Shown here one piece after another: positions 25,633-35,909 of a stretch of DNA of 64,000 nt; the stretch's first letter is position 1; each line of letters starts with the position of its first letter. This stretch comes from a virus. A program made the position numbers and the translations under genes. The stretch lies in the IMG/VR virus record IMGVR_UViG_3300025545_000003, positions 32,001 to 96,000 of that record. One strand, given 5' to 3'. The notes beneath the pieces were generated by a model, which was not told the origin of the DNA, ran no database searches, and saw only the letters and a program-made list of their open reading frames with translations.

Positions 25633-25681
25633 GAGTCCCTCCTCGGGTCATCTACACGGAAGCGGAGGGCACTAAGCCCGC

Positions 25682-26692
25682 TCAGGGCTCGACAGGCAAG
25701 AACTCAAGGGCAGCGAGGAGGTATTCGATCAGCTTGTCACGGCCCCATGCGTGGATCGTCATGGACTTGGCGTGGTCTTCGGGGCCCTGCCAGCGACCAC
25801 TGGATTCGTAGGTCACCTTGTCCCGCTTCCCGAGATCCCGGAGGTGGTCCACGGCGAACAGGCGTTCCGACTTCATGGACAGGCTGATTACCCGCTTGCG
25901 GGGGCCGACCGTGAACTCGGTCTCGGCGTAGACGAACGTGTACCACGGCTCCGACTTCGTGCTGTCCCCGTAGTACTGGTTGGGGATCACGGTGGGTTCG
26001 AAGGTGCGGCCCGACTTGTCCTGCACCTCCTTGAACACCCCGGCCCAGAACTCGTCGTGGTTGCGGCGGATCGGGTCAATGATCTCTTCGGTGCGGGCCT
26101 CTTCTCGGGGGACGTGCTTCCAGCCGCCCTCCGTCCCGAGGTAGACACGGAAGATCATTTCCGGCCAGAGCGGCGGGTTCTCGGGGGCGAGGAGCGTCCG
26201 GGGGTTGTACTGGACGTACCCGGCACGGAACGCTTCGATCAGGGCCTTGCCGTCCACGGGGAGGCGGTTCCCCTCGTCGTCCTCGTACCACTCGCCCACC
26301 AGCTTGTGGTCGTCGTTGTACTCGGACTTGTAGTGGTAGCCCTTGGCCGGGTCGAGGCCGAATGTCCCAGCGATGGCGTCGGCGTCTTCGTTCTCCTTGG
26401 CCTTCTTGAGGGGCATCCAGCCGTCCATCTCGTAGGCACGGGAAGCGGTGGCCAGCTTGGTGTTGAACCAATCGAACACCGGCTGGAGGAACGTCTCGGT
26501 AAAGTCGTCGGGGACGCCCTTCGGACCATCCGGGAAGATGGAGAACGTGCTGTAGCCGTTGTTGCTGATCTCCAAGGCACGGAGGCCGCAGGGGCAGAAG
26601 TGATGGGCCGAGTAACCGGCTCCCATCGTGCAGCCACCTTGTCGCCACTCGTTGCGGCCACAGGTGCAGTTGGGGAGTACTCGTTCAGTCAT
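25682..26692 (-). CDS. Hypothetical protein
   Basis: RBS AGGAGG; promoter motif upstream. Confidence 0.75.
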   Translation of the reverse strand: MTERVLPNCTCGRNEWRQGGCTMGAGYSAHHFCPCGLRALEISNNGYSTFSIFPDGPKGVPDDFTETFLQPVFDWFNTKLATASRAYEMDGWMPLKKAKENEDADAIAGTFGLDPAKGYHYKSEYNDDHKLVGEWYEDDEGNRLPVDGKALIEAFRAGYVQYNPRTLLAPENPPLWPEMIFRVYLGTEGGWKHVPREEARTEEIIDPIRRNHDEFWAGVFKEVQDKSGRTFEPTVIPNQYYGDSTKSEPWYTFVYAETEFTVGPRKRVISLSMKSERLFAVDHLRDLGKRDKVTYESSGRWQGPEDHAKSMTIHAWGRDKLIEYLLAALEFLPVEP

Positions 26693-26748
26693 GGGCTCCT
26701 CCTATTCAGGGATCCCACACGGAACAGGAAGGGGCTAAGCCGGATCCG

Positions 26749-27234
26749 CTACTTGAAGTACACCCGAGGGGTGCCCTCTTTCACGTCCACCGCTTCAAGG
26801 ACGGCATCCCGCTTGGCTTGATCAGCCCCGGCGACACGGGTAGCGAGGGTATCACGGGCCTTGTAGGTCACGACCGTGTCGAAGAAGCGGTCGAAGTCAT
26901 CTCCCAGAATCCCCTTCAAGCCGTCCATGTCGGCGTCCTTGCGAACGACCGTGTTGGGCTTGGGGATCGAGACCGTACAGCGGGAGCCGTCGTTCCCATC
27001 GAAGTGCTCTGCGCCGGGATCTCCCGCACGGGCCTGTACGGCCAGTTCACGCAGCTTGCCCTTGATGGGTTCCAAGGCTTCCCCGGCCTCTTTGGAGATG
27101 CCCGCCAGCTTGTGCCCCAAGGCCACAGCCTCCTCGTCCGGCATGGCGGTGAGGAGGCTGGGCAGGGCACGGCGGAGGTCTTCGATGGTACGGATAACCG
27201 TGATCAGGTCGGCAGTTTTCGGCGTGGGCATCAA
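26749..27234 (-). CDS. Hypothetical protein
   Basis: Operon context. Confidence 0.7.
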   Translation of the reverse strand: MMPTPKTADLITVIRTIEDLRRALPSLLTAMPDEEAVALGHKLAGISKEAGEALEPIKGKLRELAVQARAGDPGAEHFDGNDGSRCTVSIPKPNTVVRKDADMDGLKGILGDDFDRFFDTVVTYKARDTLATRVAGADQAKRDAVLEAVDVKEGTPRVYFK

Positions 27235-28073
27235 TCTTCCTCGTAGCAGTGAACGTGGTAGATGCCGGGTGGGCCTTGTGACGCATTCGCCGAGCGAATC
27301 CAGACAGCATCCTCACCCTTCGACACCACGTTACCGCACTTCTTGCAGATGGCCTTCTGCTGACAGGTGATTCGTTGCGTTTCACCCGACATGCTCGTGG
27401 CACCACTCGTCGCCGGTCGGGCGGCGGGCTTTGAGGGCTTCACGGCAGGCCCCACGACGGTCGAGGGCTGTACCTGCTTGGCGGCAGCGGCGTCGATGTC
27501 CTCTTTGGCCAACAGGGTGGACAGCCGGGACAGGTGAGCCGCCATGGCGTTGAGGCAGCGGTTCTTCACCGCACAGTCGGTGCATACGTCCGACTTGTCC
27601 GAGTACGCCCCGTAACAGGGCGTCTGCTCGATGGCCAGCCCCCGAATGTAGGCGTCGTCGTGGTAATCGTTGCCCTCGTCGTGTCCGGGGGACACCGGCA
27701 AGGGCATCGAGGCTACCTGAGTTTTGTCACCGTCCACGCTGTCCTCCGAGGACTTGGCATCCCGTAGGGACTGTGCCTTGATTACTCCATCCGGGGTCAG
27801 CTTCCACGTACCCCGGCCTTCACGGGCGGCCCAACCCTCTGCGATGAGGGTCTTGAACGCCGCCTGCATCCAACGCACGGTGCTGAAAGCGTTGACCCCT
27901 GCGGGCTTTCCGAACTGGTCGATGGTGATGCCCATGTCCACACAGGTCGGATCGTAGGTGGCCTCGCTTTGGACGGGGACGTCCGGCTTGAACCCGGAGA
28001 GCTTCCCCAGAGTCAGGAGCAGCGGGCTAACGAAGCTCTTGGCGCTAACGGTGTGCTTGGGTGTGCCTCTCAT
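27231..28073 (-). CDS. Winged-helix (Mrr N-terminal-like) and Zn-binding protein
   Basis: A...L...G.....GRGTWKLT..G motif; CxxC clusters. Confidence 0.6.
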   Translation of the reverse strand: MRGTPKHTVSAKSFVSPLLLTLGKLSGFKPDVPVQSEATYDPTCVDMGITIDQFGKPAGVNAFSTVRWMQAAFKTLIAEGWAAREGRGTWKLTPDGVIKAQSLRDAKSSEDSVDGDKTQVASMPLPVSPGHDEGNDYHDDAYIRGLAIEQTPCYGAYSDKSDVCTDCAVKNRCLNAMAAHLSRLSTLLAKEDIDAAAAKQVQPSTVVGPAVKPSKPAARPATSGATSMSGETQRITCQQKAICKKCGNVVSKGEDAVWIRSANASQGPPGIYHVHCYEED

Positions 28074-28074
28074 C

Positions 28075-29313
28075 CTATCGGCCCCCCTTGAACCCGCCGA
28101 CAGTGGATCCCGGAGGAGCCTTGCCAACGTCCAGCATGGAGATGTGGGGATCCATGATCTTGATCGCCGATTCCCGGTTCTCCTCGTCGGGTAGCCGGTC
28201 GAGCCACGAACGGGAGGCCAGCTTCAACAGGTTCTTCGGCACCTTGGCAGAGCCGTTGCACTCCAGCATGTCCTCTGCGTGCATCAGGATCGAGCACAGG
28301 CCACGGTGGGAGAACTCGCCGTACAGTTCGCCGTCGAGGATGGCCTCACGGAGCGACTTCGTCACCTTGCCCATCTTCTCGAACAGGGTGTCTCCGACCC
28401 GCTGTGCCAGCACCGGGAACTTGGCCCGGACAATGGACTCCTCGTCCCGCCAGTCCATCCAGCGGAACTGGAAGACCTTCTCAAAGCGGTCGAGCAGGGA
28501 GGCGTCGATGGGGTTGGCCGAGATCATACGCCCACGTTCGTCGCCCGAACCCGCCGTGTTGCCTGTAGCGGCGACCAGCGTGCCGGGGAGTACCGGGTAG
28601 ACCTTGCCAGCGGGGCCGTCGATGCGGCCTTGGATGGAGTCCGTGATGAGGCGGAGGTGTTCGGCCTGTTCCCGGTCGGCCCGGTCGAAGTCAGTGACCA
28701 GCATCATGTAAGGGATGCGTCGTCCGGTAGGGGTGACGAACCCGTCACGCAGGGCCTTGAGGGCCTCGCCCTCTTCCCAATGCGTGCCCGCCTCTGTGAA
28801 CCCACGGCTGAAGAACCACGCCTCGATGTCCGTGCCCGGTTTCACCTGCCGGATCATCGCCGGGGTGCGGGTCAGGTTGCTCCAAGCGTGGAACAGGGCG
28901 TCCTTCCCGCTACCGGGAAGCCCCCACACGTAGATCGACCGCTTGAAGAACAGGGACACGACAGCGTGCTCCACGTCCTCCCCGAGCAGTCCGTACCGGG
29001 GGATCCGGTAATGGTCCGGCATGGGGAGGCAGTTTTCCACTGGCACGTCCACGTTAACCGGGAACTCGATCCGCCCAAACTTCACCTTCAGGGAGGTGGG
29101 CTTGGGCGGGTGCGCCCGCTTGCGGGGGTTCACAGTCTGCTGGAAGCGGGCATGGAGCCGCTGGCTGACGGTGCCCGCATCCGGGTACGTGTCGAGGTAC
29201 TTTGATGCTGTCATGCCGTGGGCTTCCAAGAGGTGGTCCCCCAGGAAGTCCTGCTCTACGTGACCGCAGATCCGGCACTTGAGCCCATCAGGCTTGGTCT
29301 TGCTATCCGTCAC
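28075..29313 (-). CDS. MoxR/CobS-like AAA+ ATPase
   Basis: N-terminal C2H2 motif, GLPGSGKD, ATGNT.G.GD, LDRF. Confidence 0.88.
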   Translation of the reverse strand: MTDSKTKPDGLKCRICGHVEQDFLGDHLLEAHGMTASKYLDTYPDAGTVSQRLHARFQQTVNPRKRAHPPKPTSLKVKFGRIEFPVNVDVPVENCLPMPDHYRIPRYGLLGEDVEHAVVSLFFKRSIYVWGLPGSGKDALFHAWSNLTRTPAMIRQVKPGTDIEAWFFSRGFTEAGTHWEEGEALKALRDGFVTPTGRRIPYMMLVTDFDRADREQAEHLRLITDSIQGRIDGPAGKVYPVLPGTLVAATGNTAGSGDERGRMISANPIDASLLDRFEKVFQFRWMDWRDEESIVRAKFPVLAQRVGDTLFEKMGKVTKSLREAILDGELYGEFSHRGLCSILMHAEDMLECNGSAKVPKNLLKLASRSWLDRLPDEENRESAIKIMDPHISMLDVGKAPPGSTVGGFKGGR

Positions 29314-29461
29314 TTGCCCCTCTCGGTGAGTAGGGTTTCTCGTCCGTCTGCCCCTTCTACCCGTTGCCCCCTTTCGCTAAGCCCCCCGAAGCGTGGGCTT
29401 AGGCTTTTCTCGTTCCGGGTAGAATGGTCACCGGGTGGTAACTTGCGCCCCGTGAGGTGAC

Positions 29462-32125
29462 ATGGCCAAGCCAGCAGCGAAACAGGAACTCACCCCCGTT
29501 GTAAGGGGAGACCGCTACCGACGAACCCACAGGGCCTCCGTGATCGGTGTCCTGGGCCGTCAGGCTCCTCCCGTTCTCAGCCGGGGATCCATGTTCTACA
29601 ACCTTGACCGCTGGACTGCACGGGCGCTCGTGTCCGAGATGTGCCAGTGGGCCGGGAAGAACAGGGGCTGCACCCCCACAGCGAAGGACGTAGCCGACTG
29701 GGTCTCCAAGGCCAACAACATGACCGCCCCGGAGCGGTGCATCGTCATTGCCAACACACCCGACAAGCTGCCCCTCAAGGTAGCCCTTGGCCTGACCGGC
29801 GGGGCGTACCACGAGGCGTTCCACACGAAGTACTCCTGCCGCAGACCACTACAGGTGAAGGAGTGCGTGAACTTCATCCTGCCCCGTTGGGCGCTGGTGA
29901 AGGACTGGAGTGGGCTCCACAAGGCCCTCCAAGAGTGGAACAACATCATCGAGGACATACGCATCGAGCGCCGGGGCCGTGAGGACTACGAGGGTTCGCA
30001 CACGAAGCTGGCCGACTTGCAGGACTTCATCCTCGACAAGGAGGCCGCAGGCGTCGAACAGGTGCGCTCCCACGGGGGCAAGCCGGGAGCCTTGTCTGTG
30101 ATCGTCCGGGCGTTCCGTGACGTGGGTCTTGGGTACAACACCGAGCGCCAGCGTGAAGCCTTCGCCGAGTACAAGACGGACAACCCGGATGCCGTCGACC
30201 TTGTGATGACCGGCCCGCTGACCCCGATGCTTCAGGACACCATCGATCTGTCCGCCAAGGACGATCTCGGGTGCATCCGACTGGCGATGGACGTCGTTGC
30301 CAAGATCGGGGAGTTGGGCGGTATGGACGAGTCCGACGACAAGGCCCAGGACGGGCAGCACGGCGACGGGATGCAAACGTGCCCCGGTTGTGGCGCACCC
30401 GCCTCCAAGATCGTTGTACGGCCCCTCTCAGACGGCAAGGGAGGCAAGGTTCGGGGCAAGGGCCTCGCTACCTGCACGGCCTGTGGCCATCAGGAAGAGG
30501 TCGACGTCAAGAAGAAGTCTGCCGCCGATAAGGCCAAGGACAAGAAGGACAAGCAGGCGGGCAAGAAGTCCGCACCCGGCCCCAAGTTCGAAGGCTTCGA
30601 CGAGGACGACTTCGACGATGAAGGCGACGGTGGGGGCGAAGGTGAGGCCGGTGACGGTCAGGGTGGCTCCGGTTCGTCCGGTGGCAAGTCTGACGGGGAC
30701 GAGGACGGCGACGGTTCGTCCGGCTCCGGTGGAGACGAAGACGGCGATGACGACGGGGACGGCTCCGGGTCTGGGAAAGACGGCGATGAGGGTGACGAAG
30801 ACGGCGACGGTTCCAAGGACGGCAGCGACAAGGATGGCGATGCTGCCGGTGGCGATGGTGGTGACGGAGACGGGGACGGGGACGACGAGGGCAAGGACGG
30901 CAAGGCCGGACAGGGAGCCAATCAGGGAAGCGCCAGCCAGCACCAAGGCATCGACCAGCCGGACATAGGCCCGGACGGGAGCGACCAGTCGGGCGGGGCC
31001 GGGGGGCACCACCACGCCCAAGGCCCCCACGCAGGCAACGATCACAAGTGGGAGGACGTCGCCGAGCAGGCGTTGAACGACGCACAGTCCGGCAAGGACA
31101 CCCACGCCCTCGACAACAACAAGGCGCTGGAGAATGCGGTCAACGCTGCCGAGGACAAGGAAGACTCGGACACGGAGACCGGCGAGGCCCCGTGGAAGCC
31201 CTACAATCCGGGCCTCGATGAAGCGCTGCTGGTTCCTCATTCGGGCCGGGGCCGGGAACACGACATGGCCGAAGCCACGAAGCTGGTCAAGTCCGTTACG
31301 TCCGAGTCCGCCTACACGAGAGCCCGCCTGCGGAACATCGTCCGGGCACTGGAGATGACCAGCACTGTTCATGGCGTACAGCACGGGCGCAACCTGTCCA
31401 CCCGCTACCTCGTGGACTCCAAGGCGTGCCTGCGGGGCGGGGAGATGCCGAAGCGTCCCTACTACCGCAAGGGCTTGCAGACGGACATGTCGATGGCGGC
31501 AGCGGTTGTCGTGGACGAGTCCGGTTCGATGAGCGGGTGGCTGGCCGACGCCGCCCGGATCATGATCGCCATCACGGAGCCTCTGGACGCCCTCAACTGC
31601 CCGACACTGGCCTTGGGATTCAGGGACGGGCGTCGGGGAGGGCGGTACAACGACTACCGGACTGACCCGGACGAGGACGTCAAGAACCGCCTGTACCACC
31701 GCCATGAGGGCGTCATCTACGACATCTTCAAGCAGTGGCACGAAGGATTCCGCACCGTGAAGTGGCGCTTCGCCAACACGAGGGCCACTGGCGGCACCCC
31801 GATGTCCGACGGGATCCAGTACGCCCTCAACGCCATCTCCCTGCGGAGCGAAGCTCACCGCTTCGTGTTCGTAGTCACGGACGGTTGCCCCAACTACGGG
31901 CACGAGGCCGTGATCAAGCGGCAGATCCGCCTCGCCAAGCAGGCCAACATCCACGTCGTCGGGGTTGGGATGGGCTACGGAGCCAAGTACGTCGAGGCCC
32001 TGTTCGTGGACTCGGTCTACTCCGACAAGATCCCCGAGATCCCCAAGGGGCTCGTCGCCAAGATGAACGAACTGGTCGATGCCCGCACGGGACGCCGGGG
32101 CATGGTCTACAAAGACAAGGGCTAG
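29462..32125 (+). CDS. CobT-like vWA-domain protein with Asp/Gly-rich linker
   Basis: HEAFH, NIIEDIRIE, DESGSM MIDAS, GGTP, VTDG. Confidence 0.88.
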   Translation: MAKPAAKQELTPVVRGDRYRRTHRASVIGVLGRQAPPVLSRGSMFYNLDRWTARALVSEMCQWAGKNRGCTPTAKDVADWVSKANNMTAPERCIVIANTPDKLPLKVALGLTGGAYHEAFHTKYSCRRPLQVKECVNFILPRWALVKDWSGLHKALQEWNNIIEDIRIERRGREDYEGSHTKLADLQDFILDKEAAGVEQVRSHGGKPGALSVIVRAFRDVGLGYNTERQREAFAEYKTDNPDAVDLVMTGPLTPMLQDTIDLSAKDDLGCIRLAMDVVAKIGELGGMDESDDKAQDGQHGDGMQTCPGCGAPASKIVVRPLSDGKGGKVRGKGLATCTACGHQEEVDVKKKSAADKAKDKKDKQAGKKSAPGPKFEGFDEDDFDDEGDGGGEGEAGDGQGGSGSSGGKSDGDEDGDGSSGSGGDEDGDDDGDGSGSGKDGDEGDEDGDGSKDGSDKDGDAAGGDGGDGDGDGDDEGKDGKAGQGANQGSASQHQGIDQPDIGPDGSDQSGGAGGHHHAQGPHAGNDHKWEDVAEQALNDAQSGKDTHALDNNKALENAVNAAEDKEDSDTETGEAPWKPYNPGLDEALLVPHSGRGREHDMAEATKLVKSVTSESAYTRARLRNIVRALEMTSTVHGVQHGRNLSTRYLVDSKACLRGGEMPKRPYYRKGLQTDMSMAAAVVVDESGSMSGWLADAARIMIAITEPLDALNCPTLALGFRDGRRGGRYNDYRTDPDEDVKNRLYHRHEGVIYDIFKQWHEGFRTVKWRFANTRATGGTPMSDGIQYALNAISLRSEAHRFVFVVTDGCPNYGHEAVIKRQIRLAKQANIHVVGVGMGYGAKYVEALFVDSVYSDKIPEIPKGLVAKMNELVDARTGRRGMVYKDKG

Positions 32126-32159
32126 GGCTTAGCCCTTCTTCCAGACGGGTTGGGTATGT

Positions 32160-33380
32160 ATGGAAGCTGACACCCACATCCTGATCCAGTCCGTCTCCAA
32201 GGACCCAGTCGTACAGGCCCTGATCCGGGAGCACCTTGCCAAGAAGGTGAAGTCCCTCATGGGGATCCGTGAGAACTCGGACGACTTCGTTCGGGATCTC
32301 AAGGTGTACCTCGGCCCGCAAACCCTCGTGACGAAGGGCAAGGGTCGCTGGTGGGTATGGGAACTGGAGGGCCTCCGTGTCCGTGCCCGCAAGCAGGCGT
32401 GTGAGTTCCTCGTCCCCAAGGGTTCCAGCGTAGAGGAAGCCTTCAAGGCTTTGGAGGACATCCCTGTCCTCTGGCCCGACCACGACAAGGAACTGCTGAC
32501 GTGGGATGAGAAGCTGGCCCTCCGCAAGTTAGGCCACAAGGCTCTCGGACGGTTCCGCCTGCGGATCGGATCTTACCCACAGGACGAACTGAAAGCGTTT
32601 GTCATGGGAGTCTGCAACCGGCAGATCTGGACGGACAAGGACGTCCGTTCCGCACAGGACATGAGCCTCTGCTTCCCCCTGCTTGCGATGGGGGCACTCA
32701 GCATCTCCGACAAGAAGCGGGCGAAGATTGAGGCCCGTGGATTCCTGCCGCCCGAACCGGGCAAGGAGCCGGAGGAGCCTGAGAGTGACCCGCCCAAGAT
32801 GCCAAAGCTGCCGACCGACCCTCCGAAGCCCGAACCACCGGAGCTTCAGGAAGAGGTGATCCTCGACCCGGAGGCCATGTCCGACATCGAACAGCGGATC
32901 GGCTGGCAACAGGCCCCGGACAACGCACGGGCCGAGTACGAGGGCAAGATCAAGCGGCAGAACGAGGTCATCCGGCACGCCAACGACAAGCTGATGCAGG
33001 CGTACAAGGAAGAGACCCTCGCTGCTTGGGAGGCGGCTTGTGCGGGTGTGTTCGACCAGATCAAACAGATCACGGCGGACCACGATAAAGCGGTCGCCGA
33101 CTACCACACCAGCCGGGAACCTTTGATGGCCGAGTACAAGGCCAAGCTGGCCAAGTGGGAACTGGTCAACGCCCGCAGGAGCGAGGCCGAGGGTGCCGCA
33201 AACATGCGGTACGCCGAGGACATCGGCTGCGTCTGGGATTGGTTCGACAAGTGCGCTCCCCGCTCCGTGAACGGGATGCCCATGTTCTTTTCCTTGCGGC
33301 TGATGAACCGGGCGGATTGGGAACGGGCACACAAGGCAATCATGGCTGAAATCAAGAGGCGGCAGTCGTTTACCGTTTGA
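32160..33380 (+). CDS. Hypothetical protein
   Basis: 406-aa ORF after promoter motif. Confidence 0.75.
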   Translation: MEADTHILIQSVSKDPVVQALIREHLAKKVKSLMGIRENSDDFVRDLKVYLGPQTLVTKGKGRWWVWELEGLRVRARKQACEFLVPKGSSVEEAFKALEDIPVLWPDHDKELLTWDEKLALRKLGHKALGRFRLRIGSYPQDELKAFVMGVCNRQIWTDKDVRSAQDMSLCFPLLAMGALSISDKKRAKIEARGFLPPEPGKEPEEPESDPPKMPKLPTDPPKPEPPELQEEVILDPEAMSDIEQRIGWQQAPDNARAEYEGKIKRQNEVIRHANDKLMQAYKEETLAAWEAACAGVFDQIKQITADHDKAVADYHTSREPLMAEYKAKLAKWELVNARRSEAEGAANMRYAEDIGCVWDWFDKCAPRSVNGMPMFFSLRLMNRADWERAHKAIMAEIKRRQSFTV

Positions 33381-33463
33381 GGTGGGCTTAGGGCTGGCCG
33401 TTCTTGTGTAGAGAAGGTGAACGGGCCGAAAGGCCCCTGAAGGACGCTTACAAGGAGCACGAA

Positions 33464-33943
33464 ATGGACACCATCCTCACCCCCGAAGTTCGGCTGGCCA
33501 TCGAGACCGGCATCAAGGACGGCCTCAAGCAGGTCGCCAAGGCCCAGGGCGACGCCAAGGACTCGGCCTCCCCCGACACGAAGACGAAGGGTCTCGTGAT
33601 CAACCTCACGCTGGAAGTGGACGAGTTGGCCGTGGGCCACGACACCGACCGAGCGCCGACGTGCTCGATCCCCCTCCTGCCGACGCTGGCCCTCCTGACC
33701 AAGCGCATGGGTGCGACCCGCAAGGACGCCCTCGCCATGATCAAGGACGCCATGACCGAGGCCCTCACGCTGGACAAGCCCGCCGCCGCCATCCTGCTCG
33801 AAGAGTTCGGCGTGGCCGAGGCCGAGGAAGCCATCAAGACGCAGGTCATCAACGAACTGCCCCGCACCCCGGTCAAGAAGACCGCCAAGGCCAAGGGCGT
33901 GACGATGACCGTGACCGGCGTGGCAACCCGCCCGACGGAGTAG
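33464..33943 (+). CDS. Hypothetical protein
   Basis: RBS AAGGAG. Confidence 0.75.
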   Translation: MDTILTPEVRLAIETGIKDGLKQVAKAQGDAKDSASPDTKTKGLVINLTLEVDELAVGHDTDRAPTCSIPLLPTLALLTKRMGATRKDALAMIKDAMTEALTLDKPAAAILLEEFGVAEAEEAIKTQVINELPRTPVKKTAKAKGVTMTVTGVATRPTE

Positions 33944-33946
33944 TTG

Positions 33947-34222
33947 ATGCGAGCCACCTACGAACGGGCGGCAGACAAGCGACGACTGATCCGGGTCATG
34001 TTCGAACGCCAGACGCCTGATGCCAGTGCGCCCGTCATCGAGGCGGTGTACGAGGTAAAGTACCCGGAGGACAACTTCATCTGTGATGACACGGCGGTCT
34101 TGATCCCCTTGTCCGTCACCCGGACGGACACGAAGGAAACCGTTGTGCTCACCGACGAAGAACGGGACGATTGCCATCAGGCGGCAACCGAGAAGGCCGC
34201 AGCGATGGCCAACGAGGGGTAA
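33947..34222 (+). CDS. Hypothetical protein
   Basis: Operon context. Confidence 0.65.
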   Translation: MRATYERAADKRRLIRVMFERQTPDASAPVIEAVYEVKYPEDNFICDDTAVLIPLSVTRTDTKETVVLTDEERDDCHQAATEKAAAMANEG

Positions 34223-34707
34223 TGGGCGACGGGCTCAAAAGGGTAGCCAAGAACTGCGGCGGCCTCATCGTGAACGACCCGGACGGCAACGTCACCCGGT
34301 ACGACGCCCAAGGCCGTCTCTACGTGCGGGGATCCAAGCTCCGCCACATGATGGACAAACCCTCGACCCCCCTCTGGAACCTCACCTCTTACAGCACCGA
34401 ACTACTGGCCTGCATGGACATTGTGATGAGGGCACGGCACGCCTCCGGGCTGTCCAGCGTAGCCTTCCACAAGGAGCGCCTCGGCAAGCAGGACTTCTGT
34501 TGGACAAGCTCCAAGCGCCTGTACGTGTGGGAGTACATCGCCGCCGACGGGACGTTCCTCGGGCGTGTGTTCGCCTCCAAGGAGGGCACCTCACCGGAGG
34601 CCGCTACCGTACAGGGTGTGCCTTGGCCGTCCTTCACCCTTGAACGGGGCAGGCAATTCATGAGAGTCTACATGACCGCCCTTGGGCTGGAGTACCCTGA
34701 TGCTTGA
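34222..34707 (+). CDS. Hypothetical protein
   Basis: TAATG overlap. Confidence 0.65.
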   Translation: MGDGLKRVAKNCGGLIVNDPDGNVTRYDAQGRLYVRGSKLRHMMDKPSTPLWNLTSYSTELLACMDIVMRARHASGLSSVAFHKERLGKQDFCWTSSKRLYVWEYIAADGTFLGRVFASKEGTSPEAATVQGVPWPSFTLERGRQFMRVYMTALGLEYPDA

Positions 34708-34978
34708 GTTCCCGATGAACAAGTTCCCCAAGCTCTCTCAGGCCGAACTGATGATGGGGCTGCGGAACTGGGAGGATCTGGACGGGGCCGCCTACCTGTT
34801 GGGCAGGTCGATGGGGATGTTTGATCCCGACGCCAGCTTCCAGACCGACCTGAAGTGGGTCTTCTGGTCCGCCAACCCGACCGGCGACTTCCTGTACCAC
34901 ATGATCTGTGGCCTTGTTGCGATGGGGATCTGGGAGCAGGACGAGGAAGGGGACAAGGTACGGTGGCACCATGACTGA
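34700..34978 (+). CDS. Hypothetical protein
   Basis: Operon context. Confidence 0.65.
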   Translation: MLEFPMNKFPKLSQAELMMGLRNWEDLDGAAYLLGRSMGMFDPDASFQTDLKWVFWSANPTGDFLYHMICGLVAMGIWEQDEEGDKVRWHHD

Positions 34979-35384
34979 TCGAGGCTGGCCGAAACAGATC
35001 ATCATCCTCCGCACCGACCTCGGCATGCGGAAGGGCAAGATGGTCGCACAGGGAGCGCACGCCTCCTTGGGCGGGATTCTGGATCACTGCACAGAGGTCG
35101 GGGACGGCACCTTCGTGATCGGCCCCGGACACACAGGGTGGAATTGGGAAGCCGTCAAGCTGTGGCTCTCCGGCAAGTTCACCAAGATCGTGGTCGGGGT
35201 GGAGACCGAGCAGGAACTCCTCGACCTATACGGTACGGCCCTGCGGGCCGGGATCGCCTGTTTCCTCTGCACCGACGCCGGGGACACTGAGTTCCACGGC
35301 GTACCTACGAACACTGCGGTCTGCATCGGGCCGGATTTTCCAGACGTGATCGACCCTATCACCGGCCACTTGAGGCTCCTCTAA
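34971..35384 (+). CDS. pth2: Peptidyl-tRNA hydrolase, Pth2 type
   Basis: KQIIILRTDLGMRKGKMVAQGAHAS..KIVV..DAGDTEF..T...IGP..IDPITGHLRLL. Confidence 0.93.
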   Translation: MTDRGWPKQIIILRTDLGMRKGKMVAQGAHASLGGILDHCTEVGDGTFVIGPGHTGWNWEAVKLWLSGKFTKIVVGVETEQELLDLYGTALRAGIACFLCTDAGDTEFHGVPTNTAVCIGPDFPDVIDPITGHLRLL

Positions 35385-35388
35385 CGAG

Positions 35389-35416
35389 GAAAGCCGGACA
35401 TCGCTGTCCGGCTTTC
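35389..35416. terminator. Hairpin between convergent pth2 and ssrA
   Basis: GAAAGCCGGACA-TCGC-TGTCCGGCTTTC. Confidence 0.7.
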
Positions 35417-35423
35417 AAGCACT

Positions 35424-35789
35424 TGGTGGAGGTGCGGGGAATCGAACCCCGGTCCTAAGATGCCTACGCCAACGCACTACGCTCATTTCCCGTGTTTATC
35501 CCGCACGGGCAAGGTGCTTCGATCCTCAACGCACATGCTGCTGTTAGTCATCGCCTTCAGGTAGCCGCCTGCCCGCTATCCTGAACGCCAACCCGTTTCT
35601 GCTGTAACCTCACGCCCCGAATCGGGTGCTCTGACGTGAGAATGAAGCACCAGCACAGTCTTTCGACTACGCTGCCGCCTGCATCGGAAGGGTCTCGTTG
35701 GCAATTAAGCCTTTGCCGTCTGTAACGCCCGACAGCACTCGGAACGAACGTTTAGCCTCGTACACCCCAGTCGAAACCAGTACACCCCC
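35424..35789 (-). ncRNA. ssrA: tmRNA, tag ANETLPMQAAA*
   Basis: GGGGGTG..TTCGAC 5' end; Ala-type acceptor with T-arm and ACCA; tag frame GCC AAC GAG...GCG TAG. Confidence 0.93.
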
Positions 35790-35790
35790 A

Positions 35791-35804
35791 AGTTTTCAAA
35801 GAAC
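35791..35804 (-). promoter_or_regulatory. boxA-like site upstream of ssrA
   Basis: GTTCTTTGAAAACT. Confidence 0.55.
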
Positions 35805-35909
35805 AGCGTGTCCTTCTATACCATCAACCCAATAGAAGGATCCTCTAAGCCTACTTCGTGTAGGTGCATGGCGTAGGCTCACGGGGTAGAGTGGATGAGG
35901 AGGACGCAC

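Noticed and set aside
30590-31030. Tandem repeat or CRISPR-like array
   Set aside because: It is a low-complexity Asp/Gly coding linker of the vWA protein, with no constant repeat-spacer period.
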